Position numbers and translations under genes: made by a program. 64,000 nt of DNA from Omnitrophica bacterium GWA2_41_15 (lineage in GTDB: Bacteria; Omnitrophota; Gorgyraeia; Gygaellales; UBA12090): contig CAKKRH010000006.1 in the NCBI GenBank assembly GCA_919902675.1, positions 42,810 through 106,809 of the forward strand. The letters run 5' to 3'. Of this stretch, positions 57,029-64,000 are shown one piece after another; the first letter of the stretch is position 1; the number at the start of each line of letters is the position of its first letter. The notes under the pieces were generated by a model. That model was not told the DNA's origin. It made no database searches and was given only the letters and a program-made list of their open reading frames with translations.

Positions 57029-58033
57029 CTATTTCAAAAACTCCCGCGTCTCTTGCGCCAGCTCAAGCGGGCTTAAGAATTTTTTAGTCCTTTCCACCTT
57101 ACGCACTAAATCCACCAGTTTCTTATTCAGCGGCGCGCGCAGGCCGAAACCTTTAGCCAAATTAACGAACTCACCGTTAATATAGTCAATCTCTGAAGGG
57201 CGGTTTCTCTGGATGCTTTGCAGTATTGAGCCGTAAAGCGGTTGGCGGCTTAAGTTAATCATAATCCCGGAGAATATCTTAGCCGCTTCATCCAAGGGCA
57301 GAGAAGTTAACTTTTCCAGCCGCTCAAGAGGAAAATCCGGCAAAGAAACTAACTTTGTTCCTGTACGCCGGGTCAATTCCAGGCCCTCCTTCCAGATAGC
57401 AATACTGATTCTACAGGCCTCCAGGTGTTTAAAGGTGTCCTGCATGCTCTTACCCAGGATTGCCGGAAGGCAGTTATTGGCATTGACAAAAACCTTTAGC
57501 CACTTCATTGCCAGGATATCGTCGCTGATAATAACCTGACATATATTATTTAAGACTTGCTGAATTTCTCTAACCCCGCGGTCATTCTTAATAAACGGCC
57601 GGCCAATAATCCATTTACCTTCAAAATTATGCGTGATATTATTAGGCTCCAGATAGGTCGCGCCGAACATCACGATACTGGAGATAATATTATCTTTGTG
57701 GATATGATTGGCTAATATCTTATCCGCCTGGATGCCGTTTTGGGTAGTTAAGACGATCGCATCCTTCAAATAGAACAAATTATCTTTAAGGAATTTCTCC
57801 AGGTCCTGGGTCTTCATTGCCAGGATTACCAGGTCCGCCTTTCGGTCTAATTTATGGAAGGCATCTACGCGGACATCAATATTGCCGCGGGTTCCTGAAA
57901 TATGCAGGCCGTCTTTGGTTATCGCCTCAACGGACTTTCTCCGGCCCACCAGAAAGACATCCTCCTTGCGGTGTTTGAGATAACCCGCTACCAGCCCCCC
58001 AATCGCCCCTGAACCAATGACCGCTATTTTCAT
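57029..58033 (-). CDS. 2-dehydropantoate 2-reductase family (ApbA/PanE-like) oxidoreductase
   Basis: N-terminus MKIAVIGSGAIGG, and the length and layout of the KPR family. Confidence 0.75.
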   Translation of the reverse strand: MKIAVIGSGAIGGLVAGYLKHRKEDVFLVGRRKSVEAITKDGLHISGTRGNIDVRVDAFHKLDRKADLVILAMKTQDLEKFLKDNLFYLKDAIVLTTQNGIQADKILANHIHKDNIISSIVMFGATYLEPNNITHNFEGKWIIGRPFIKNDRGVREIQQVLNNICQVIISDDILAMKWLKVFVNANNCLPAILGKSMQDTFKHLEACRISIAIWKEGLELTRRTGTKLVSLPDFPLERLEKLTSLPLDEAAKIFSGIMINLSRQPLYGSILQSIQRNRPSEIDYINGEFVNLAKGFGLRAPLNKKLVDLVRKVERTKKFLSPLELAQETREFLK

Positions 58034-58035
58034 AA

Positions 58036-58251
58036 TCAGCTAAGAATGTGCACCTGGGACGGGACATGGTTAAGGATTAATTCTTTTAAATCCAGCTTCT
58101 TGCTGGCGTTATCAATGTCAATTCCCACTAATTCTCCCAGGCTGTCATAATCAAGGTTAATTCCCGGAGATATTTCACGAGTTTCGGAACTCTGTTTTGA
58201 TGACAGATCAATATAGAGAGAATCAGTCTGGGCGTAATAATTCAGCTTCAT
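58036..58251 (-). CDS. DUF2283 domain protein (putative antitoxin)
   Basis: 71 aa with YYAQTDSLYIDL...GELVGIDIDNAS. Confidence 0.7.
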   Translation of the reverse strand: MKLNYYAQTDSLYIDLSSKQSSETREISPGINLDYDSLGELVGIDIDNASKKLDLKELILNHVPSQVHILS

Positions 58252-58490
58252 GGCTTAAACCTCCTGTCTAAAAACGCGTTATGAATAGTAATTTTATCAT
58301 CCAGAGTTACCACTCTAACTATCTTACCTTCCAGCTCTTTAGCCTTTCCCCAAAAACGGAAACGATTATCTTCCTGCCGTTCAATCTTTAAAGGATTTTC
58401 AATAACCCTTACGCAAATATCTTTAGTAAGATAATTCCGCTTCCTTAAAACCTCATTCTCAAAATACAGGGTAAATTTATACCGAATCAT
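58248..58490 (-). CDS. DUF4258-like small protein (putative toxin partner)
   Basis: 80 aa with FRFWGKAKELEGKIVRVVTLDDKITIHNAFLDRRF. It overlaps both neighbouring genes by 4 nt. Confidence 0.5.
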   Translation of the reverse strand: MIRYKFTLYFENEVLRKRNYLTKDICVRVIENPLKIERQEDNRFRFWGKAKELEGKIVRVVTLDDKITIHNAFLDRRFKP

Positions 58491-58750
58491 CTGCCAACAG
58501 GATAACCGTATTTTCTATAATCAAGCTTCACGTCTTCCAGGAGCCGGATCATCAAGCTGTAAAAGGGCTTAGGCACCTCGCTAAAAAGGGCGGCTACCAC
58601 ATCCGCTTCTTCTACTTGCGCCACCCGGCGCTCCTTGGCGTTTTCCTGGGCCTTAAGGGTTACCGCCTCCTCGGCGATACGGCGATGAAACACCGGCATC
58701 TTGGAAATCATCAGTTTAAATTTTTCCTGTGTTTTAATATCCCAATCCAT
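58487..58750 (-). CDS. PCP_red-like (protochlorophyllide reductase C-terminal-like) small domain protein
   Basis: 87 aa. WDIKTQEKFKLMISKMPVFHRRIAEEAVTLKAQENAKERRVAQVEEADV fits the W..ea...l..iP.F.R pattern. Confidence 0.5.
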   Translation of the reverse strand: MDWDIKTQEKFKLMISKMPVFHRRIAEEAVTLKAQENAKERRVAQVEEADVVAALFSEVPKPFYSLMIRLLEDVKLDYRKYGYPVGR

Positions 58751-58869
58751 CTTCCCTCGCTTCGCTCGGGCGCTGAACTATGCGGAACTTTACGCAGAAC
58801 CACGCCTGCCGGCAGGCAGGCAATACAAGTTGTGCGTAGTTCCGCGTACTATTCCGCGCGGTTCCGCGA
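58751..58869. repeat. REP-like palindromic element, copy 4 (with a GC-rich ctgccggcaggcagg loop insert)
   Basis: Sequence cgctgaactatgcggaactttacgcagaaccacgc...gtgcgtagttccgcgtactattccgcgcggttccgcg. It overlaps the last codons of the ligase ORF. Confidence 0.8.
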
Positions 58870-60366
58870 CTTTAATGTTTCTTTCTGAATCTTGCCGCTG
58901 GGGGTTTTAGGCAGGCTCTCCCTGATTTCCACATTATGCGGCACCTTAAAATGGGCTAGATGCTCCCGGCAGAATAAGCGGATATCTTCCGCGGCTTCTA
59001 TGTCTATCCCTTTCTTTAAGACCACAAATGCCTTAACGATTTCACCCCGCAGTTTATCCGGAATACCCACTACCGCCGCTTCCTGAACTGATGGGTGCTT
59101 CAAAAGCACGTTTTCCACCTCAAAAGAGTAGACAATTTCACCTGAAACCTTAATCATATCCTTCTTTCGGCCTACAATATATAGGAAACCTTCTTCATCA
59201 AACCTACCTAAATCACCGGTATGAAACCAGCCATTTTTGATTACCTCCGCGGTAGTTTTTGGGTCCTTATAGTATCCTTCCATCACCACCCAGCCTTTAA
59301 TAATAATCTCACCTACCTCACCGCGAGGCAATTCCGTATCATCCAAAGCGGCTATTTTCACCTCAACCCATGGCGCCGGCTTGCCTATGCTTTCAATTTT
59401 CTTTGAGCCAAGAGGGATAACGGTGTTCGGCGGACAGGTCTCGGTCAGCCCCCAGCCATTTAAAAGATGCGCCTTGGGGCAATACTGCTGGAATCTCCTT
59501 AAAGAGTGAGGATCGCTTGGCGCCCCAAACACCACTACCCAGCGTAAAGAAGATAAATCAAAACTCTCAAACTCCTTTAAATTCATGATGGCGTAATACA
59601 TTGAAGGCACTAAATGAAAACAAGTAACCTTATATTTCTGGATATTGCGCAAGAATTCTAAAGGCTGAAAGCGCTCCATCAGCACAAGGGTAATCCCGTA
59701 ACAAATACAGTTCTGAATATAGACAAGGCCGCCTGAATGGGATAGAGGAAGCGCGGAAATTTTCACGTCTTTATCCGTCAAATCCACAAAATACTCCATC
59801 GCCTTTGGCGAGCCGTCAAGGTGCTTATAATTCAGCAGAATTCCCTTGGGAGATCCGGTGGTACCGGAAGTATACATAATAAGCGCGTGATCGCTCTCTT
59901 CTATTTTTATATTTTGAGCGGGGAGAGGCCTTCCGGAAGCCAAGACATCCTGAAAGGATTGATACCGGCTGTTTGTTCCCTCAAAAGCTATAATATTTTC
60001 TAAACTGGGAACCCTTTTCTTAAGATTCTCTAAAGAGAGCCGCTCTTTCTCCTTAGCGATTAAAGCCTTTGCTTCACAATGGGTTAGACAGCTTACCAAC
60101 TCATCCTCGGTAAGCATATAATCAAGAGGAACAACAGTGGCGCCTATAGAAAATAAAGCCAAATAACTATAGATATATTCAGGGTTATTCGGCAGGTAAA
60201 TAGCGACCCTGTCGGCTTTTTTAATGCCTAACGCGAGTAAACCGTTGGCGAGTTTAAAGACATTATCATAAAGCTCCAAGAAACTAATCGGCTTATCTCT
60301 AAAGATTATGGCCGGTTTGGAATGAAACTTTTTGACTGAATTAATCAGAACCTGGGCAACATTCAT
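58849..60366 (-). CDS. AMP-dependent acyl-CoA/acyl-ACP ligase
   Basis: Contains the AMP-binding motif MYTSGTTGSPKG, WFHTGDLG and the PKTPSGKI lysine. The start was taken at MNVAQV (60366). Confidence 0.9.
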   Translation of the reverse strand: MNVAQVLINSVKKFHSKPAIIFRDKPISFLELYDNVFKLANGLLALGIKKADRVAIYLPNNPEYIYSYLALFSIGATVVPLDYMLTEDELVSCLTHCEAKALIAKEKERLSLENLKKRVPSLENIIAFEGTNSRYQSFQDVLASGRPLPAQNIKIEESDHALIMYTSGTTGSPKGILLNYKHLDGSPKAMEYFVDLTDKDVKISALPLSHSGGLVYIQNCICYGITLVLMERFQPLEFLRNIQKYKVTCFHLVPSMYYAIMNLKEFESFDLSSLRWVVVFGAPSDPHSLRRFQQYCPKAHLLNGWGLTETCPPNTVIPLGSKKIESIGKPAPWVEVKIAALDDTELPRGEVGEIIIKGWVVMEGYYKDPKTTAEVIKNGWFHTGDLGRFDEEGFLYIVGRKKDMIKVSGEIVYSFEVENVLLKHPSVQEAAVVGIPDKLRGEIVKAFVVLKKGIDIEAAEDIRLFCREHLAHFKVPHNVEIRESLPKTPSGKIQKETLKSRNRAE

Positions 60367-60384
60367 AGCGATATTTGATTTTTT

Positions 60385-60520
60385 GTAACAGTTCAGCGTT
60401 CGGAAGTGTCCCGATGGATATGTCATTGCGAGCGTTTTTTGCGAAGCAATCTTTTAAAGACTGCTTCGTCGCTGACGCTCCTCGCAGTGACACGTTTACT
60501 TCCAAGAGCTGAACTGTTAC
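60385..60520. repeat. 136-nt nested imperfect palindrome directly upstream of the ligase gene
   Basis: The outer arms gtaacagttcagc/gctgaactgttac are perfect (13 bp). The inner arms are gtcattgcgagcg/cgctcctcgcagtgac and gcgaagcaatc/gactgcttcg. The centre is tttaaa. Confidence 0.8.
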
Positions 60521-60671
60521 GATTTTTTAAATCGGACTTTTTCTATATATTAGTAAAATTTTACTATTCAAGTTTCTCTTAATTATAAATCAGAAAAAAA
60601 GGCCTGTCAAATTATTTTTAGTATAAATCGCGGACTAAAAATAAAACAACAGGCGCCTAAGGCGTTGGCTA

Positions 60672-63221
60672 TTAATCAATACCGTATTTTCTTACAAACC
60701 ACTGCTTGACTATTTGAACCAGCAGAAGATACGCGCAAATGAGAATAAAAAGCGCCGCGAAATACGCGGGCGGCGGCTTGACGAAGCCCAGGGGCCTGAC
60801 TAACGGAGAAAAAGGGATAATCAACCCCGCGATTATTATAAACAAAGAAGTAAAAACCATGAACCTGCTGGGCCGGCTTTCTAAAAAGGGAATTTTTCCG
60901 GTGCGGATAATATGAATAACCAGGGTCTGAGTGCACAAAGACTCCAGGAACCAACCGGTGCGAAAAAGTTCCGCCTGGGCATGAAAGATAAATAGCATAA
61001 CCGCGAAAGTAATAAAATCAAATATTGAACTCACCGGGCCTAAGATTACCATAAATTTCTTGATTGACTTAACATTCCAGGGCCGGGGTTTGAGCAGATA
61101 CTCGTTATCCACATTATCCGTAGGGATAGCCACCTGCGAAAGGTCATAGAGAAAATTGTTCAAAAGAATCTGGATGGGAAGCATGGGTAAAAACGGCAGG
61201 AAAAGGCTGGCCCCGGCCATACTGAACATATTTCCGAAATTAGAGCTTGAGCCCATTTTAATGTATTTGACGATATTGCCGAAGGTTTTCCGGCCTTCCA
61301 TAACTCCGTCTTCAAGCACGGTGAGGCTTTTCTTAAGCAGGATTATATCCGCCGATTCCTTGGCGATATCCACGGCATTATTAACCGATATGCCCACATC
61401 CGAGGCCTTTAAGGCAGGGGCATCGTTTATGCCGTCGCCAAGATAACCTACGATATGCTTGTTCTGCTGCAGGGCGTTTATTACCCTTTCTTTCTGTAAA
61501 GGAGACATCCGGGCAAAAACCGTAGTGGTCCGGACCAGGTCATTGAGTTCATTATCACTTAATTTGTTCACCTTGTCGCCGATAACCAGCCCTTTGACGT
61601 CCAGCCCGACATCAGCGCAGATCTTACGGGCCACCAGCTCATTATCACCGGTTAAGACCTTAACTTCCACACCCAGCTTCTTTAAAGCCAGAATTGCCCG
61701 CCTGGCTGAGGGCTTAGGCGGGTCCAAAAAAGCCGCGTATCCTTTAAGAATCAAATTATTCTCGTCTTCCTTGGAATAGACAGCTCTTTTATTCTCTATA
61801 TCTTTATAGGCCACCGCCAGCACCCGGAAACCATCGGCGCTCAAATTATCACATTCCTCTTTAAGGTCGGAAAGTATCAAATCCTCAATATCTAATATTT
61901 CGTCTTCCAGTTCATACCTGCCGCATCTGCGGAAGATTTCTTCCGGGGCTCCCTTGGCAATCAGCCGGTGATTGCCGTTAATTTCAACCACCACCGACAT
62001 TATCTTTCTTTCAAAATCAAAAGGCATCTCATCAACTTTTTTGAAATCGGCGATGGCTAATTTTTCATGCTTGAGGATGGCCTTATCTAAAAGATTTTTG
62101 AGCCCGGTCTGATAAGAGCTGTTGAGATAGGCGAAGCGCAAGACATCTTCATTCTCCTTTCTGACCACATCGCAATGCCTTTCCAGGACTATCCTGTCCA
62201 TGGTCAGGGTGCCGGTCTTATCGGTGCACAAAACATCCATCGCTCCGAAATTCTGGATGGAATTCAAACGTTTGACAATAACCTTCTTTTTAGACATCGC
62301 GATTGCCCCTTTGGAAAGATTTATGGTTACAATCATCGGGAGCATCTGGGGAATGAGGCCTACGGCAACTCCTAAAGAAAAAAGCAGGGGCTCAATGAGA
62401 CTCCCCCGCCGTAAAAGATTGACCGCGAAGATAAATAAAACCATAAGAAACATCGCCCGGATCATTGTCCAGGTAAATTCATTTATACCTTTATCAAAGC
62501 TGGTATTTATCCTCATTGTGGTCAAGCGGCGGGAGATTTCTCCAAACTGGGTTGAGATGCCGGTCTTGACTACCACGGCTAAAGCGGTGCCGCTTACCAC
62601 GCTTGAGCCCATAAAGGCTATATTAGTAAGTTCCGAGATTGAGCTGTTTTTGGGCTCAAATGACGCGGCGAACTTTTCTACCGGTAGAGACTCGCCGGTT
62701 AAAGACGCCTGGTTGATAAACAGGTCCTTGGCGGAGATTATTCTTAAATCGGCCGGAATCATATCTCCGGCGTATAAATCAACGATATCACCGGGAACAA
62801 TTTCCCGAATTTTTATCTCCTGGCGCCTGCCTTTTCTGATTACCGTGGCCGTGGAATGAACCATTTCGCTTAACTTTTCCGCTTCTTTCCCGGCCCGGTA
62901 TTCCTGAATAAAAGAAAATAAAATGCTGGAAACAGCCATTAGGCCCACCAGGAAGGCGCTGATTTTTTCCCCGAAAAAGAAGGAAAATCCAGCCACAATC
63001 AAAAGAACAATAACTAAGGGATTGATAAATTTAGGTAAGATAAGAAAAAGGACAGTCCTCTTCCTTTTTTTGGCGGTTTCATTATATCCGTATTCCTTAA
63101 TGCGGTCCCTGGACTCATTCTCCGAGAGGCCTTCGGTTGAGGTATGTAAATTCTTTAAGACATCATCCCCGGAGGAAGCGGCGTAATAAAACCAAGCTTG
63201 GGTATTTTTGGAATTATTCAT
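60672..63221 (-). CDS. mgtA: Mg2+-importing P-type ATPase (MgtA/MgtB type)
   Basis: Contains the phosphorylation site CTDKTGTLT, TGDN and GDGINDAP. The overall length and N-terminus are typical of MgtA. The ATG was taken at 63221. Confidence 0.85.
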   Translation of the reverse strand: MNNSKNTQAWFYYAASSGDDVLKNLHTSTEGLSENESRDRIKEYGYNETAKKRKRTVLFLILPKFINPLVIVLLIVAGFSFFFGEKISAFLVGLMAVSSILFSFIQEYRAGKEAEKLSEMVHSTATVIRKGRRQEIKIREIVPGDIVDLYAGDMIPADLRIISAKDLFINQASLTGESLPVEKFAASFEPKNSSISELTNIAFMGSSVVSGTALAVVVKTGISTQFGEISRRLTTMRINTSFDKGINEFTWTMIRAMFLMVLFIFAVNLLRRGSLIEPLLFSLGVAVGLIPQMLPMIVTINLSKGAIAMSKKKVIVKRLNSIQNFGAMDVLCTDKTGTLTMDRIVLERHCDVVRKENEDVLRFAYLNSSYQTGLKNLLDKAILKHEKLAIADFKKVDEMPFDFERKIMSVVVEINGNHRLIAKGAPEEIFRRCGRYELEDEILDIEDLILSDLKEECDNLSADGFRVLAVAYKDIENKRAVYSKEDENNLILKGYAAFLDPPKPSARRAILALKKLGVEVKVLTGDNELVARKICADVGLDVKGLVIGDKVNKLSDNELNDLVRTTTVFARMSPLQKERVINALQQNKHIVGYLGDGINDAPALKASDVGISVNNAVDIAKESADIILLKKSLTVLEDGVMEGRKTFGNIVKYIKMGSSSNFGNMFSMAGASLFLPFLPMLPIQILLNNFLYDLSQVAIPTDNVDNEYLLKPRPWNVKSIKKFMVILGPVSSIFDFITFAVMLFIFHAQAELFRTGWFLESLCTQTLVIHIIRTGKIPFLESRPSRFMVFTSLFIIIAGLIIPFSPLVRPLGFVKPPPAYFAALFILICAYLLLVQIVKQWFVRKYGID

Positions 63222-63336
63222 AGTGATTTGCAAAACCTCTGAAAGCTCTCATCTTGAAACATTTAAGCTTGTTGAAAAACAGAGTTTTTCAACAAGCTTA
63301 ATTTTAAGATTATACCTCTATTTACGCCTAATTCAA
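63218..63336 (-). promoter_or_regulatory. mgtA promoter and structured leader with a 14-codon uORF
   Basis: TTGAAT (63331-36), a 16-nt spacer, then TATAAT (63309-14). A 15-bp perfect hairpin (aagcttgttgaaaaa/tttttcaacaagctt) lies at 63265-99. The uORF MFQDESFQRFCKSL (63262-63218) has a TGA that overlaps the mgtA ATG. Confidence 0.45.
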
Positions 63337-63355
63337 AAACATAATTTTAAAAGTT

Positions 63356-63446
63356 AAACCCCGCTTAAATCAAGCGGGGTTTACAGGTTGTCTTTTAAAA
63401 GTTAACTCCATCTAAAGGCTGGACTTGGCATTTACCAGTCAGCCTT
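63356..63446 (-). terminator. Two hairpins downstream of the 176-aa gene
   Basis: The first is aaggctg..cagcctt (63415-46). The second is canonical, aaaccccgctt-aaatc-aagcggggttt (63356-82), followed by a T-rich tract on the minus strand. Confidence 0.6.
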
Positions 63447-63450
63447 AAAT

Positions 63451-63981
63451 TTAATCCTCGCTTACATAGCTCTCGGACTCAAGAAAACCATCTATACTGT
63501 TAACCAAGAAAAGTATCCGCAGGTATTCCTTGCCCATATCCAGGCCGTAGTCCTCTTTCAATCTTCCCACCCCCATAAGAGACAGCTCTATATCGTCCTT
63601 ATAGGCGTCAAAGCGGTCTTTGTAGAGGCAATAACCGATATCCTCCCCTAGCCTTTGGGGAGAAGGAATATTTCCACCCTGGATCATATTCTTTATTTCA
63701 CCCAGCTCTTTATCAATATCCATCTCTCTATTTATATTCCGCGCCAGGACATCGGAAAATTCCCGGATATTATTCATACCCGCCACTTGAATCCAGCTGT
63801 CTCCCTTCATATCAATACCGCCGCCTTTGAAATCATTCGCCTGAATAGCCGAACTAGCTTCTGGCAAAGCACTGTTGCTATATCTATCTGGGAAACGCTT
63901 TTTAGCTATACTATTAGTAAGCTTGTTAATTTCCTCATATGCTTCTTGAATCCATCCATCTACAGCAACACGGTTTTCCAA
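63451..63981 (-). CDS. Hypothetical protein
   Basis: 176-aa ORF with no recognised domain. The start codon is non-ATG in the track and is uncertain. Confidence 0.4.
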   Translation of the reverse strand: MENRVAVDGWIQEAYEEINKLTNSIAKKRFPDRYSNSALPEASSAIQANDFKGGGIDMKGDSWIQVAGMNNIREFSDVLARNINREMDIDKELGEIKNMIQGGNIPSPQRLGEDIGYCLYKDRFDAYKDDIELSLMGVGRLKEDYGLDMGKEYLRILFLVNSIDGFLESESYVSED

Positions 63982-64000
63982 TAATCCTCTAGCGTTAATA

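Noticed and set aside
63234-63450. M-box (ykoK) Mg2+ riboswitch upstream of mgtA.
   Set aside because: I could not find the conserved M-box core sequences by eye. Only a simple hairpin and a uORF are present, so I report it as an unclassified leader instead.

Overview
The window is a 64 kb chromosomal segment from a moderately AT-rich bacterium. It is probably diderm, because LptE, a BamD-like lipoprotein and MurJ are present. I cannot assign a taxon from sequence alone. Nearly all real genes are on the minus strand, and most plus-strand ORFs in the track are antisense shadows.

Gene content by region:
- 0-14.4 kb, housekeeping core: pilT fragment, ogt, uvrC, murJ, rpsT, holA-lptE-BamD-like, comEC-comEA, leuS, a response regulator and nfo.
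- 14.5-14.9 kb: tRNA-Ala(GGC) and tRNA-Leu(CAA).
- 14.9-23.1 kb, accessory stretch with no integrase: a KdpD/KdpE-like pair with a TrkH/KtrB-type K+ transporter cassette, bracketed by an unclassified structured repeat; a tripartite hipBST toxin-antitoxin locus with four operator palindromes; two tandem ORF6N genes.
- 23.1-33.3 kb: cobB/Sir2 and DUF192, then two divergent ECF sigma/anti-sigma modules. One module controls a 7 kb block of secreted proteins. An 88 bp perfect direct repeat and a sigma-gene remnant flank that block.
- 33.4-47.8 kb: rlmN, MFS, ADH, aldolase, vapBC, ALDH, and a nucleoside phosphorylase/MtnA-like isomerase/class II aldolase-SCP2 cluster (DHAP-shunt-like). A single-gene AlbA_2 insertion sits beside this cluster, flanked by a 94 bp duplication.
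- 47.9-60.5 kb, the most interesting region: a type II PKS-like biosynthetic cluster. It encodes a KS, a KS partner lacking the catalytic triad, a discrete ACP, SRPBCC, cupin and PF04199 cyclase-type proteins, a B12-radical SAM enzyme, a tandem TIGR04076 fusion, SDR and ketopantoate-reductase-like reductases, an acyl-CoA ligase and an MFS exporter. Small selfish inserts and a REP-like hairpin family are scattered through it.
- 60.7-64 kb: mgtA with a structured leader, then a hypothetical gene.

No CRISPR array, rRNA or transposase was seen.
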